The notes: generated by a model not told the origin, from the letters alone. A DNA stretch of 64,000 nucleotides from Candidatus Hydrogenedens sp. (GCA_049968235.1 JBMFRC010000009.1:32001-96000); one strand, 5' to 3'; counted from the first letter of the stretch, positions 28,518 to 39,787 are shown. Translations and numbers: made by a program.

Positions 28518-29535
28518 AAACTTTTTGGTTGGTATGTGCAGATTGATAAATAGCGTCCAATACCTCCATATATCTTAGTCCATCTTCAAAATTGGGATGG
28601 TATTCTCTACCCATAGACACGGCTTCAATGAAATCTTTTTCCACACACCAATTTTTTACATCGTAAAAGTCTTCTTCTTGAGGAATTATAATTTTTCTTT
28701 CCCCATTTTTGTTTAATTCATAAAGTTTATCTTCAATTACATCATAATAAAGTGTTTTATTCTGGCTATGAATTTCGACACTTTCCTGTGGATAGTTCGA
28801 CATACCAGATATCGTTATTTGGACTGTGGCTCCGCAAACAAGTTCTAATTGAGCCTGTACCTGGTCTGGAATCTGTACAACAATAATTTCTCCTTCTGAT
28901 GTTTTTCGCGTGGGAGTAAAAATCTGGTAACTTCCCCAAACACTCTTTGTCCACCCAAACCAGCGATGTATTAATTCAATATACATACCTAAAGTTAGCA
29001 CATTCTGTCCAGATAACCGATGGTCTTTACGCCAGTGTAAAGGTTTAGTAGGGTCAAGATTGAAATCATTAAAACTATTTACCTTTACAAAATAGATTTC
29101 TCCAAGTATTCCTTCTCGCCTCATTCGAGCAATTGTCTTATCAAAAGTCATCCCGAATGGCACCGGACACAACCCAGCCACTTTACCCGTTCGAGAAGCA
29201 GTTTCATACATTTGTTGTGCTTCCAAAAGATTCATTGCCATACGAGCCTGACAAAATACATGTTTCCCTGCTTTTAATGCGGAAATACTCACCGGTGCAT
29301 GAAGATAAGGCCAGGTACCAACCCAAACTATATCTATTTCCGGGTCGTTTACTAATTGTTCCCATGACGAATATACACGAGAAATTTTATACTCCTGAGC
29401 CACTTTTTTACTTGACTGTTCTGTGCGATTTATAACGCCGATAATGTTTACATGTGGTAATTTCATTAATCCGGGGATATGTCTCTCTCTGCAAATATTC
29501 CCCAGACCTACAAAAGCAACATTAAATTTTCTCAT
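28507..29535 (-). CDS. Gfo/Idh/MocA family NAD(P)-dependent oxidoreductase
   Basis: N-terminal Rossmann ..FNVAFVGLGNICRERHIPGL..; family-typical length and C-terminal alpha/beta domain. Confidence 0.75.
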   Translation of the reverse strand: MRKFNVAFVGLGNICRERHIPGLMKLPHVNIIGVINRTEQSSKKVAQEYKISRVYSSWEQLVNDPEIDIVWVGTWPYLHAPVSISALKAGKHVFCQARMAMNLLEAQQMYETASRTGKVAGLCPVPFGMTFDKTIARMRREGILGEIYFVKVNSFNDFNLDPTKPLHWRKDHRLSGQNVLTLGMYIELIHRWFGWTKSVWGSYQIFTPTRKTSEGEIIVVQIPDQVQAQLELVCGATVQITISGMSNYPQESVEIHSQNKTLYYDVIEDKLYELNKNGERKIIIPQEEDFYDVKNWCVEKDFIEAVSMGREYHPNFEDGLRYMEVLDAIYQSAHTNQKVFIR

Positions 29536-29559
29536 AGATTAAATTCTCAATAGATACAT

Positions 29560-30369
29560 TTAGTTCCTTTTATTCATTAAAAATTCAGATAACCGTTTTG
29601 GAAAATCTGTATTCAAAAAATCCACGCCTTCATTATACAGAACTTCCCAACATTCCAGAGTTTGATGGGCTCCCCAAAAACGGACTTTTCTGCCTTGTTC
29701 ATGTGATTTTGAGACAATCTCTTTTAATGTATTCAATTCCTGTGGAGGAATTTCTCCTTTGCCTTTCCATGAAAAAATAGATGACCAGTTATTACTTATC
29801 CAGGGAACAAGGTCATTAGAAGGATTTATTTCTAAATCCTGCAACCTCCCGTCAATAAAAACATAACGGTTCTTTTCTTTTTGTATCATTTCTCGCGGAA
29901 CAGCACCAGAAATGACAATGGTTACTGCACCATCCACTTTTTTCCCATTTTCTATGCGAGTAAGGTATTTCTTATAAGGTAATAATTGTTCTTTTAAAAG
30001 GGTATATGTGCTTTCTGGCTCACTTTTTATATCTATCAATAACCAGAATTCAGAAGGGCTTACATACACATGTCCGTTATTTTTCTGGACACGCTTAAAA
30101 ACGGGGTTTAAATACATATTAACAAGGTTCTTTTCGGGTTTGCACTTATCTAAATCATGAGCAACCAATAAATCACCATTAACGATATGTATATCCGCTT
30201 CAACACTACAAAAACCGTTATTTAATGCATCAAAAAGAGGTTGCGGGCGTAAATAATCATTATGTGAATGTGCCCGTTTTAAAGGAACAACATTTTTGTC
30301 CGCAGAACTGGTGAAGGGTATATACAAAAGGATAGAAATAAAAAAATGGATTAATATTTTTTTTTGCAT
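29560..30369 (-). CDS. Secreted PLC-like phosphodiesterase superfamily protein
   Basis: Signal peptide; ..RAHSHNDYLRPQ.. catalytic-His-like motif and TIM-barrel-size (269 aa); assignment tentative. Confidence 0.35.
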   Translation of the reverse strand: MQKKILIHFFISILLYIPFTSSADKNVVPLKRAHSHNDYLRPQPLFDALNNGFCSVEADIHIVNGDLLVAHDLDKCKPEKNLVNMYLNPVFKRVQKNNGHVYVSPSEFWLLIDIKSEPESTYTLLKEQLLPYKKYLTRIENGKKVDGAVTIVISGAVPREMIQKEKNRYVFIDGRLQDLEINPSNDLVPWISNNWSSIFSWKGKGEIPPQELNTLKEIVSKSHEQGRKVRFWGAHQTLECWEVLYNEGVDFLNTDFPKRLSEFLMNKRN

Positions 30370-30389
30370 AATATTCTTTTTGTTGTTTG

Positions 30390-30848
30390 TTATTCTGAGG
30401 TGTTTGAAACAGAATAAGGAGTTACAATTGCATTCGCAAGAGCATGCACTTTCTCACGATAATTCTTGGCTTTTCCCATAAGTAATAATAATTTTCGACT
30501 TTTTGCCGATATAGAGATTTCAAGAGTGAGGGAAGATGAATTGATTGGAATAGGATTAATTAAAGAAAAATTTGTTTGAATGGGAATACATGGACGATTT
30601 GCAAGAGAAAAAGCAAAGCAATAGAAGGCTTCAGTAAATGCAAAGGATAAATATCCCGGATGTAAAAAACCCATGCAATCTTGAAAATGAGGATTGCATG
30701 GTAGAATAAATGAAATACTTTTTCCTACTTGAACTCCAGCCACACTCATTTTCATTTCTAAAAAAGAATGTGATGGCCATTTCAAACTAAGCCCTTCAAC
30801 TTGATATTGGTCAAGAGCCTTAAAAAATTGTTCACTTAAATTATCCAC
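30390..30848 (-). CDS. Hypothetical protein (possible hotdog-fold)
   Basis: 152-aa ORF; weak resemblance only. Confidence 0.3.
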   Translation of the reverse strand: MDNLSEQFFKALDQYQVEGLSLKWPSHSFLEMKMSVAGVQVGKSISFILPCNPHFQDCMGFLHPGYLSFAFTEAFYCFAFSLANRPCIPIQTNFSLINPIPINSSSLTLEISISAKSRKLLLLMGKAKNYREKVHALANAIVTPYSVSNTSE

Positions 30849-30927
30849 ATCTCATATCCCATATTCAATATTTTAATTTTACTATGAGATGTAATTATAA
30901 TCTATTTTTACACATTTGTCAAATATT

Positions 30928-32154
30928 TTATATCTTAGTTATATCAACCTCAGGAGCATCTATTTGTTCATAAACGGGCAAGGGTCCAATTAAAGGACGG
31001 AGATAATTGATATATTCCGCTGTTACTCCATTACCGGTTTCATTAATAAATGCATCGCTCATATATTTGGTCTTATTTGCAATCTCTTCTAATGCTTTTA
31101 ATTCATAGCGAACGACATAATCTGCTATTCGTTGAATAGAGACGGAACCTGTTTTGTTTTGTCCTGCAGAGAATTGCACTGCTTTTTCACCAACTTCTCG
31201 GGCTTCTCGCTGGTCTACTTCACTTACACAGCCTAAGAAACTTCTCTGAGGATAGCCTAATGTATCTGCACGGGCTCTGACTTTCTCGATTTTTAATTCT
31301 TTAAATCTTTCTTTCAAATATATGACCAGGTCATCTCCTAATGCTCCTGTTCCTGATAATTGAACATGTCCAAAGGAATCCATTTCTCCTTTTGTAAAGC
31401 GTTCTGCAATTGTTGTTCCACTTTCATCGTGAACACCTTCAGAAACTGCAACTAAACAACGCCCTAAACGGTCATATACTTCTTTAACATCTTTAAAGAA
31501 CTGGTCAAGTTTTAAGGGTCTTTCTGGTAGGTAAACTAAATGAGGACCATCGTCATTATACTTCTTGGCGTAAGCAGAAGCGGCGGTCAAAAATCCTGAA
31601 TGTCGTCCCATAACTACAACAATGTGAATACCTGGCAGTGCTTTGTTATCCAGATTAATTCCTGCAAATGCTTGTGCCACATATTTCGCCGCAGAAGGGA
31701 AACCGGGACAATGGTCATTAAGGACGAGGTCATTATCAATTGTTTTAGGAACATGGATGAGTCTTAAGTCATAATTTTCACTTTTGGCAGATTCGTCGAT
31801 AATTCTGCATGTCTCAGAACTATCATTTCCGCCGATGTAACAAAAATAACGTATATTATATTTTTTGAATACATTAAAAATTTTTTTACAAAATTCGGCA
31901 TCAGGTTTCTTACGGGTCGATAACAAAGCAGAAGAAGGAGTTTTTGCCACTGCTTCTAATTGATAAGAGGGTAATTCCGTTAAGTCTAATAATTTTTCAT
32001 CAACAATTCCCTGTACGCCATGTTTTGCACCGAAAATATGAGTAATCTGTGTATATTTTCTCGCTTCGGTGATTACACCAACTAAACTTTGATTAATAAC
32101 CGCAGTGGGACCACCACCTTGGGCTACAAGTAAGTTACCCTTTAATGTTGACAT
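30928..32154 (-). CDS. 6-phosphofructokinase family (ATP- or PPi-dependent)
   Basis: ..LLVAQGGGPTAVINQSL.., ..IGGNDSSETC.., ..MGRHSGFL.. PFK motifs; 408 aa. Confidence 0.8.
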   Translation of the reverse strand: MSTLKGNLLVAQGGGPTAVINQSLVGVITEARKYTQITHIFGAKHGVQGIVDEKLLDLTELPSYQLEAVAKTPSSALLSTRKKPDAEFCKKIFNVFKKYNIRYFCYIGGNDSSETCRIIDESAKSENYDLRLIHVPKTIDNDLVLNDHCPGFPSAAKYVAQAFAGINLDNKALPGIHIVVVMGRHSGFLTAASAYAKKYNDDGPHLVYLPERPLKLDQFFKDVKEVYDRLGRCLVAVSEGVHDESGTTIAERFTKGEMDSFGHVQLSGTGALGDDLVIYLKERFKELKIEKVRARADTLGYPQRSFLGCVSEVDQREAREVGEKAVQFSAGQNKTGSVSIQRIADYVVRYELKALEEIANKTKYMSDAFINETGNGVTAEYINYLRPLIGPLPVYEQIDAPEVDITKI

Positions 32155-32300
32155 GGAACTTCTCCTATTACTATGTTTTGCTTTAATTATTTTCGTTGGC
32201 TACAGAATAGGTTTATATTATGCCATGATTGGGACTAAAAATACAAAGAGACCAACGAGACGGTATCTCTTTATATGGTTGGAATAAATTATTTCAAGTC

Positions 32301-33539
32301 TTATGAAAGAACTTTATTTTCCTTTTGAAATTCATTTTCTAATTGTTCCAATGCATGAATACCAATTTCAAGGGCGTTTTTCTGCCGTTCGGTAATCACC
32401 CCTAATTGCTCTTGTGACAACAGATGTAGAATATTTTTTAAGGTTGTTATATAAGTATAAATTTGGGCTGTATGTTGAAGTGATAAATCAGATTGTAGGT
32501 CTTTTAATAACGATATTTTTTTATTAATTTCTTCCTCCCGTTTATGAAGTAATCGTGAAATTTCTTCTAATCTTTTATGCTCCCGTTTATCTATCATAAT
32601 TCCGAAGAAATATTTTCTCTGATTTTGATAAAAAACCTGAATAATGAAATCAACCGGTATTTCCTCCCCTGTAGAAGAAAGAGCAATAGCATTGATAACA
32701 ACATTACTTCTTGACCTCAAGGCTAAAAGGTATTCTCCTATTACCGTATCATCGAAAAATAAACTTCGAATACGCTGTCCTATAAGTTCTGAGGAATCCA
32801 TCTGGAAAAACTGAGATGTATATGCATTGGTGTCTGTTATGATTTCCCTCTCATCAAATACTAAAATGGGACTCTGAATGCTATCTAAAATAGATTTTAT
32901 TATTCCCTGAGTATATAAAAGTTCCTGTTGTACATAATAGGATTCTCTCCGTATCTGTTGAATGTAATTCAATAAGAAATAGCAAAAAATACCCGATAAT
33001 AAAATCATAAAATTCTTCCAAAATAGGTAATATGTAGCGAATTCAAGCCTTTCCCAGAACCATATTCCCATAATGGTAAAATCTAATACAATAACACATA
33101 TAAGAGTTACAAGTAATGGGTGAGGTCTTTTCTGAGCATATATTAAGTTTCCAAAGGTAAGCAGTGGATAGAAAAGTATCAATGGGCTATACTCTTTTTC
33201 TGTTACCACGACAGATGCTGTAATTGTAAGTAGGTGGAAGAAAAAATTCAGAGGATTGGAAAATAAATAATATTGTTTGAGATAGAAAATAATATGTGTA
33301 AAAAGGATATGCAAAATAATACATAGTAAAAAGATAGGAACAAAATATTGCTGTGAAAATGATTCTAATACATAACCTGTAATGACGATAATTAAGATTA
33401 AATATCTAAGGAACAGAGATAGACTTTCAATGGAGGTAATAATTTTTATATTAGGTTCATTAGACATTTCTTCTGGAACAGTTTCTGTTGTCCAGAAACT
33501 AAACATATTTTTTATATTTTTTATCGGTTTTTGAAGCAT
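32301..33539 (-). CDS. Polytopic membrane sensor with PAS domain and C-terminal coiled-coil, no kinase/ATPase domain
   Basis: ~7 TM helices, then a PAS-like block (..ILDSIQSPILVFDEREIITDTNAYTSQFF..LIGQRIRSLF..), then helical region; ends without HATPase_c. Confidence 0.5.
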   Translation of the reverse strand: MLQKPIKNIKNMFSFWTTETVPEEMSNEPNIKIITSIESLSLFLRYLILIIVITGYVLESFSQQYFVPIFLLCIILHILFTHIIFYLKQYYLFSNPLNFFFHLLTITASVVVTEKEYSPLILFYPLLTFGNLIYAQKRPHPLLVTLICVIVLDFTIMGIWFWERLEFATYYLFWKNFMILLSGIFCYFLLNYIQQIRRESYYVQQELLYTQGIIKSILDSIQSPILVFDEREIITDTNAYTSQFFQMDSSELIGQRIRSLFFDDTVIGEYLLALRSRSNVVINAIALSSTGEEIPVDFIIQVFYQNQRKYFFGIMIDKREHKRLEEISRLLHKREEEINKKISLLKDLQSDLSLQHTAQIYTYITTLKNILHLLSQEQLGVITERQKNALEIGIHALEQLENEFQKENKVLS

Positions 33540-33714
33540 TATCCATTAACAAGTGATATATATTTGTTTTAGGTGTTTATTATATACATTTTCATGAAAA
33601 ATATCATATCCTCCAGATGTTTGTAATTCAAAGAATATTTTTATACAAAGGTATTTATGTATAATAGCCATAGATGTATTTATTCATCACAATTAACGAT
33701 ATAGGAGACTTATT

Positions 33715-35151
33715 ATGCCTAAAATCGCAATGATAGGAGCAGGAAGTATTGTTTTTTGCAAAACTTTATTTATGGACCTCGTTTCTGTACCTGCTTTTCA
33801 AGATGCAGAATTTTGGTTCATGAGTCCTACCCGAAAGAAATTAGAACGGATGAAATCCTTTGCTGACCGTGTGGTAAAAGATAACGGATTAAAGGTGAAA
33901 AACTATATTACTCAGGACCGTAGAGAGGCACTAAATCAGGCAGATTATGTAATTGCAATGCTTCAGATAGGAGGTGTGAATGCATTTAAATATGATTATG
34001 AAATCCCATTAAAGTATGGTGTTGACCAATGTATCGGCGATACAATGGGTCCGGGTGGAATTTTTAGGGCATTGCGAACAATCCCGGTGATGATGGATCT
34101 CGCTCGTGATATGCAGGAACTTTGTCCGCAAGCATATCTATTAAATTATGTAAATCCTATGGCAATGGTATGCTGGGCTTTAGGGAAAATTCCAGGACTA
34201 AAGTTTGTAGGTCTCTGTCATGGTATTCAAACAACGCTTGATTTGATTTCAGGTTATGTAGAGGTTCCCAAAAATGAAATTGATTATCTAGTAGCAGGTA
34301 TTAATCACATGGCTTGGTTCCTGCGTATTGAACATAAAGGGAAGGATTTATATCCTCTATTTAAACTCCGTTGTGAACAACCAGAATATTATGTAAATGA
34401 GAAGGTTCGCATTGAGGTTATGCGTCATTTTGGTTATTTTATGACAGAGAGTACAGGACATTTATCGGAATATATACCGTGGTTTCGTAGCCATGAAAGG
34501 ACATTAAAAACATATTGTGATGAACCTTCCTTTGGCGGAGAGTCCGGTGCATATTACAAATGGTGCAGACTAATAGCCGACCGACTAGAAAATGAAGATT
34601 TGTTAGTAAATGAACCGACAAGAATCACTCATCGAAGTGTTGAATATTGCTCCTATATATTAGAAGCATTGCAAACAGGGAAAACTTTCAAGTTTCAAGG
34701 AAATGTACGGAATGACCACTACATTACCAATTTACCAGATGGCTGTTGTGTCGAAATCCCTGTTTTTGCAGATAAAATAGGACTTCATCCAACACATATA
34801 GGTGCATTACCTCCTCAATGTGCAGGATTAAATTTAACAAATGTGAATGTCCAAGGTTTAACAGTAGAATCTGCAATTCAAGGAGACCCGGAACTGGTTG
34901 TTTCTGCCTGTGCTTTGGACCCCCTAACTTCTGCGTGCTTGTCTTTGAAAGAAATTCGTGATTTGGTGGCGGAAATGTTAGAAGCAGAGCAATCATGGCT
35001 TCCCCAATTTGCAGGGAAATCTCTGAAACCAACTCCGATAATATCCATTCCTAAAGATGTGCAGAGGGCAAAAGTGCCTTTGGACCCGGCTCTGGCTGTA
35101 GTTCATCGTTTTGGTGAATTAGCAGACAAGGCAAGTAAAACTACATCATAA
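33715..35151 (+). CDS. Glycoside hydrolase family 4 (NAD+/Mn2+-dependent alpha-gluco/galactosidase)
   Basis: N-terminal ..MPKIAMIGAGSIVFCKTL.. Rossmann motif and GH4-typical length. Confidence 0.8.
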   Translation: MPKIAMIGAGSIVFCKTLFMDLVSVPAFQDAEFWFMSPTRKKLERMKSFADRVVKDNGLKVKNYITQDRREALNQADYVIAMLQIGGVNAFKYDYEIPLKYGVDQCIGDTMGPGGIFRALRTIPVMMDLARDMQELCPQAYLLNYVNPMAMVCWALGKIPGLKFVGLCHGIQTTLDLISGYVEVPKNEIDYLVAGINHMAWFLRIEHKGKDLYPLFKLRCEQPEYYVNEKVRIEVMRHFGYFMTESTGHLSEYIPWFRSHERTLKTYCDEPSFGGESGAYYKWCRLIADRLENEDLLVNEPTRITHRSVEYCSYILEALQTGKTFKFQGNVRNDHYITNLPDGCCVEIPVFADKIGLHPTHIGALPPQCAGLNLTNVNVQGLTVESAIQGDPELVVSACALDPLTSACLSLKEIRDLVAEMLEAEQSWLPQFAGKSLKPTPIISIPKDVQRAKVPLDPALAVVHRFGELADKASKTTS

Positions 35152-35165
35152 GAAACAAAACAGGA

Positions 35166-36476
35166 GTGATACATATGTCTAATAACCGAAACAATGAGGG
35201 ATTTAATAGAAGGAAATTCCTACAAAAAATATCAGGGCTTGCTTTATTAGGAAGTTCTACATATTTTTCAAAGGCATTTGCGGGAAATGTCGGCTTATCA
35301 GATGTAATACATATTGCTGTTATTGGAAATGGAGGTATGGGTACAAGACATATTGAAGCCCTGTCGGTAAACCCTAATTGCCACATAGTAGCCCTGTGTG
35401 ATGTTGCAAAAAGTCGATACTATACCGCTATTGAAACAGTAGAAAAATTAACTGGCAAAAAACCAGAAGGTTTTCAGGATTTTCGTTATCTGTTAGATAG
35501 AGATGATATTGATGCGGTATTTGTCGCAACGCCCGACCACTGGCATGCATTACTAACCATTATGTTTTGCCGTGCTGGAAAGGATGTGTATGTAGAAAAG
35601 CCCGTTTGCACTACAGTCCAGGAAGGGCGTGCAATGGTAGATACATCTCGAAGGTATGGACGCATTGTTCAGGCAGGAACACAACAGCGTTCTATGCCTG
35701 TTTTTCAACGTGCAATGCATATAATTCATTCCGGTGGAATAGGAACAATAACTTCAGCCCGTGCATGGGTTGGTGTAAATGAATGGATTCCCGGGGAAAA
35801 GATAGAACCTATTCCACGGGGATTGGATTGGGATTTATGGTTAGGTCCTGCTCCGTATGTCCCATTTTCCAGAGAACGATTTGGTGGTTTTATGGGCTTT
35901 TTTGATTACGCGAGAGGAGGACAATTAACCAATTGGGGAATACATCTATTAGATATTGTTCACTGGGGGATTCAGCAATCTGCACCTTTAACTATTCAAT
36001 CCGGTGGCGGTAGTTACCGTGTAGGTGCCGGTGCGGATAATTACGAAACGATAGAGTCTGTGATGGAATTTCCCGGGTGCCTTGTAACATGGGAACAAAG
36101 ACATGCCAATGTACATGGAAATAAAGGCTATGGAATTGCTTTTTATGGAACACAGGGTGCCTTGTTTGTAGATAGAAATTCTTTTGTTATCCGATATAAT
36201 GATGGCTCTCGTCCTCCTGAATTTATTGGAGAACCTGAACGTAGTTGGGCGAATACAGACCATCACAATAATTTCTTTGATTGTGTCCGTACTCGCTGTA
36301 AGCCCCATGCGGATATAGAGCAGGGTTTTCGTTCTACTACAACCGTGCTTCTTGCAGGCATATCTTTGCGATGCGGTAGAAAATTGGTATGGAATGCTGA
36401 GGAAGAAAAATTTATAAATGATGATGATGCGAATCGTTATCTTGCCCGAACCTATCGACCTCCATGGCATTTGTAA
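35166..36476 (+). CDS. Tat-exported Gfo/Idh/MocA family oxidoreductase
   Basis: Twin-arginine motif ..NRRKFLQKISGLALLG..; ..IHIAVIGNGGMGTRHIEAL.. Rossmann. Confidence 0.8.
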   Translation: MIHMSNNRNNEGFNRRKFLQKISGLALLGSSTYFSKAFAGNVGLSDVIHIAVIGNGGMGTRHIEALSVNPNCHIVALCDVAKSRYYTAIETVEKLTGKKPEGFQDFRYLLDRDDIDAVFVATPDHWHALLTIMFCRAGKDVYVEKPVCTTVQEGRAMVDTSRRYGRIVQAGTQQRSMPVFQRAMHIIHSGGIGTITSARAWVGVNEWIPGEKIEPIPRGLDWDLWLGPAPYVPFSRERFGGFMGFFDYARGGQLTNWGIHLLDIVHWGIQQSAPLTIQSGGGSYRVGAGADNYETIESVMEFPGCLVTWEQRHANVHGNKGYGIAFYGTQGALFVDRNSFVIRYNDGSRPPEFIGEPERSWANTDHHNNFFDCVRTRCKPHADIEQGFRSTTTVLLAGISLRCGRKLVWNAEEEKFINDDDANRYLARTYRPPWHL

Positions 36477-36491
36477 ATATGTAAGAAAGGA

Positions 36492-38609
36492 ATGGTAATC
36501 ATGATAACTCCCTTATTAACAGCATTTTTTGTTATTTCTGTAATTCATGCACCTGCAGATTTTGACAGGACATTATCCATTGAACAACTGGTAGGAAAAT
36601 TAAATTCAGATAGTCCGCAGGAACATGCAATAGCAAGACAATTATTGCCCTTGAAATCTCCTATGGAAGTTTTACCTAAAATTGTCCCTGCCTTAGGTTC
36701 TGATAATCCCGATATAAGTGGTACCGCAAAAAATATTTTGTTTGATATAACTAATCGTATGGCCAAAGCGGAACAAGCAGAAAAGATGCAATACATTAAT
36801 ATATTGTTAAATTATTTTGCGGATACTTCATTAAAAGATTTATCCCGAGAATATATTTTAAAATCACTATCTCTTATTATGGATGAAGAAACCCCTACTG
36901 AAATTCTCCAAAAATTTCTATTGGAACCTTTGTGGACGGAAAAGGTGCGAACCGCACTTGTTGAAAATGGAACACTGCTATCAGCAAAAATTTTATGCAA
37001 TAGTTTGAACATTCTTTCAGACGAAGGGAAAACCGCTATCCTTCTGGGGTTATATCAGATGGATAAAATTCCATGTATAGAAGAGGTAGTTTCACTTTTA
37101 GATAGTCCCATGATGTCTATAAAGGTTGCTTCCGCACGAGTAATTGCAAATACAGGATTACTGCTTTATGCACCTAAATTATTTGATGTATGCAAATCCA
37201 CTCCGGAAACAGAACCTTTATATCAGGAATTGTGGGACGCTTATATTCGTTTAGCAGAAAAATCCGCTTTGAATGGGGGAAACTGGGATTACACAATTTT
37301 TATGTATCGAAATGTTATTGAAAATTGCAAAATACCGGCAATTATAGAATCGGCTATTACAGGACTTGGGCGATATGGAGACGAAACCATTATACCTGAT
37401 TTAGAAACGATTCTCTTAAATTCGGATAAAGAAATGTTTCATCTGTCTGCATTTCACGCAATAAAAATGTTGAATATACCATCTACTGTCCAACCCGTAT
37501 TAGAGTTATGCTCTAAACTTACAAAAGAAAAACAATTATATTTGTTACCTTCCCTGGTTCAAATAAATGATGAAAGAGGGAAGACAATAGTTCAAAATTT
37601 GTTAGAAGAGTCAGGGAGCAATGGTAAGAGGATGTTATTAAATGCATTTTACGAAAATCCATCTTTGCTATATATTAATTATGTTCCAACAATAATGGGA
37701 AATCTTGAGGAGTCCGAAAAACAAAAATTGGTGGAATGTCTCTGGCGGGTTGTAGCCTCTTATCACGAAGTAGAGGATTCCGAAAAACAATTTATGGGAA
37801 AGGCGTATTTGTATCTATTTAAATTATGCCCTCCAGAAGAACGAGAAATAGTTATGGATAGGATAAAAAAGTTTCCTACCCCTGAAACTGTAGATGTATT
37901 ACTTCCTGAATTGGGCAAAGAAGACCCCAAAAACTTACCTTTCCCCTTACTTTTTGAATTATATAACACACTAACCGATGATAATAAAGAAAAGCGAAAC
38001 CAGATATATGAAATATTGAGAGAACAGTTGGCGACCGTCCCTTTGGAAAAAATTATCAGTAGCATAAGTAATTCAAAAAATCTACCTCAGTTTTGTTCCT
38101 TAGCCGGTTTTGTTAGTAAATGGAACTTACTGGGACCATTTCCATGGAATACACAGGAACCATTTGTTGAAAATTATGGCTTTCCTCAAACGATTTCAAT
38201 AGATACTCCCTATAAATATAAAGACAAAGGGTATGACTGGAAAAAAGATGTTTCAGTAGAAGGTTGGGGATATGTAGGATTGATGGGTTTATGTTCACAA
38301 TCTTCGATGGACTGTGAGAATATATGTGCCTTTGCATACACAAAAATTGATGTTTCTGAAGATACTTCTGCCTTTGCCTGTATAGGTTCTGATGACGGTT
38401 TCCGTCTATGGATAAATCAGGAAGAGATTGTAAATAAGCATGTGGACCGTGGTATGAAAGTAGATGAAGACAAAGCAGAGATTCATTTCAAGAAAGGAGA
38501 AAACACTATCTTGCTCCAAATAACCCAAATAAAAGGAGGATGGAATTTCTGTTTCAGGTTAACGGATGCTTCAGGAAAACCACTTATATTTAATATAAAA
38601 CCTTTTTAG
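36492..38609 (+). CDS. HEAT/ARM-repeat protein with C-terminal PA14-like beta-sandwich domain
   Basis: Long helical-repeat N-terminus; C-terminal ..ACIGSDDGFRLWINQEEIV..GENTILLQITQIKGGWNFCF.. resembles PA14. Confidence 0.5.
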   Translation: MVIMITPLLTAFFVISVIHAPADFDRTLSIEQLVGKLNSDSPQEHAIARQLLPLKSPMEVLPKIVPALGSDNPDISGTAKNILFDITNRMAKAEQAEKMQYINILLNYFADTSLKDLSREYILKSLSLIMDEETPTEILQKFLLEPLWTEKVRTALVENGTLLSAKILCNSLNILSDEGKTAILLGLYQMDKIPCIEEVVSLLDSPMMSIKVASARVIANTGLLLYAPKLFDVCKSTPETEPLYQELWDAYIRLAEKSALNGGNWDYTIFMYRNVIENCKIPAIIESAITGLGRYGDETIIPDLETILLNSDKEMFHLSAFHAIKMLNIPSTVQPVLELCSKLTKEKQLYLLPSLVQINDERGKTIVQNLLEESGSNGKRMLLNAFYENPSLLYINYVPTIMGNLEESEKQKLVECLWRVVASYHEVEDSEKQFMGKAYLYLFKLCPPEEREIVMDRIKKFPTPETVDVLLPELGKEDPKNLPFPLLFELYNTLTDDNKEKRNQIYEILREQLATVPLEKIISSISNSKNLPQFCSLAGFVSKWNLLGPFPWNTQEPFVENYGFPQTISIDTPYKYKDKGYDWKKDVSVEGWGYVGLMGLCSQSSMDCENICAFAYTKIDVSEDTSAFACIGSDDGFRLWINQEEIVNKHVDRGMKVDEDKAEIHFKKGENTILLQITQIKGGWNFCFRLTDASGKPLIFNIKPF

Positions 38610-38619
38610 GAGAAAAGAA

Positions 38620-39780
38620 ATGTTATATATAGCCCTATTCATTATGTCCAGTACGACTGTACTTGGTATGGATGCTGAAAATTATTTGTTCTTCCAACGA
38701 GAACGAATCGGGGAAGGAATCTATGAGTCTGCATCTATTTTTGATGTAAATAACAATGGCATTCTGGATATTTACTCGGGAGAATTCTGGTATGAAGGTC
38801 CCGATTTCAAAAAGGCACATCGCGTATGCGTTTTACAGCCAGTAGACGATTATTATGACGACTTTTCCAATTATCCGATGGATGTAAACGGTGATGGCTA
38901 TATGGATGTTATTACAGGTGGATGGTGGGGGAAAACTTTACGATGGCGTGAAAATCCTCAAGGAAAAGATAAATTATGGACCACGCATGATATAGCAGAA
39001 GTAGGTAATATAGAGCGAGCTATTTTTTGCGATTTGGATAAGGATGGTATTGCAGAAATTATTCCTGTTACAAAGCCTGTATATATATTTAAATTAAAAA
39101 TTTCAGATGATGGGAAACCTGCGGGTGAATTTATTAAGTATGAAATAAAAACAGATGGAGCGGGAGGACATGGTGCAGGTTACGGAGATGTAGATGGTGA
39201 TGGTAATATAGACCTGTTGTACGCAGGAGGTTGGTTACAATCGCCATCGAATCCATTTGATATATCTTCATGGCAGTGGCACCCGGAGTGGAATTTCGGT
39301 TCTGCCAGTGTTCCTATTTTGACCTGTGATATTAATAAAGATGGAAAGAACGATATTTTGGTAGGTTCTGCACATGATTATGGTCTCTTCTGGTATGAAC
39401 AAAAGTGTTCTTCTAATGGGAAAAGGATATGGGGAAAGCATGTTATTGATGAACATCGTTCTCAATATCATGATATTCAACTACATGATATTGATAATGA
39501 TGGTGAATTGGAATTAGTTACCGGGAAACGTTATCGTGCTCATGCCTTCCATGACCCCGGTTCCAAAGACCCCTTAGGTGTATATTACTTCAAGATAATA
39601 AATGGAGAATTTCGTCGTTATACCGTTGATTATGGACCTGCAGGAAAAGCAAGTGGTGTTGGTATTTATTTCTGGATTGACGATGTTGACAAAAATGGGT
39701 GGAAAGACATCCTTGCCCCCGGTAAAGAAGGCGTTTTCTTATTCCGTAATTTCGGACCGATAAAATCTGTTAAAAAATAA
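38620..39780 (+). CDS. FG-GAP/VCBS repeat beta-propeller protein
   Basis: Repeated D-x-[DN]-x-D-G calcium-binding repeats (DVNGDGYMDV, DLDKDGIAEI, DVDGDGNIDL, DINKDGKNDI, DIDNDGELEL). Confidence 0.65.
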   Translation: MLYIALFIMSSTTVLGMDAENYLFFQRERIGEGIYESASIFDVNNNGILDIYSGEFWYEGPDFKKAHRVCVLQPVDDYYDDFSNYPMDVNGDGYMDVITGGWWGKTLRWRENPQGKDKLWTTHDIAEVGNIERAIFCDLDKDGIAEIIPVTKPVYIFKLKISDDGKPAGEFIKYEIKTDGAGGHGAGYGDVDGDGNIDLLYAGGWLQSPSNPFDISSWQWHPEWNFGSASVPILTCDINKDGKNDILVGSAHDYGLFWYEQKCSSNGKRIWGKHVIDEHRSQYHDIQLHDIDNDGELELVTGKRYRAHAFHDPGSKDPLGVYYFKIINGEFRRYTVDYGPAGKASGVGIYFWIDDVDKNGWKDILAPGKEGVFLFRNFGPIKSVKK

Positions 39781-39787
39781 TCACAGA

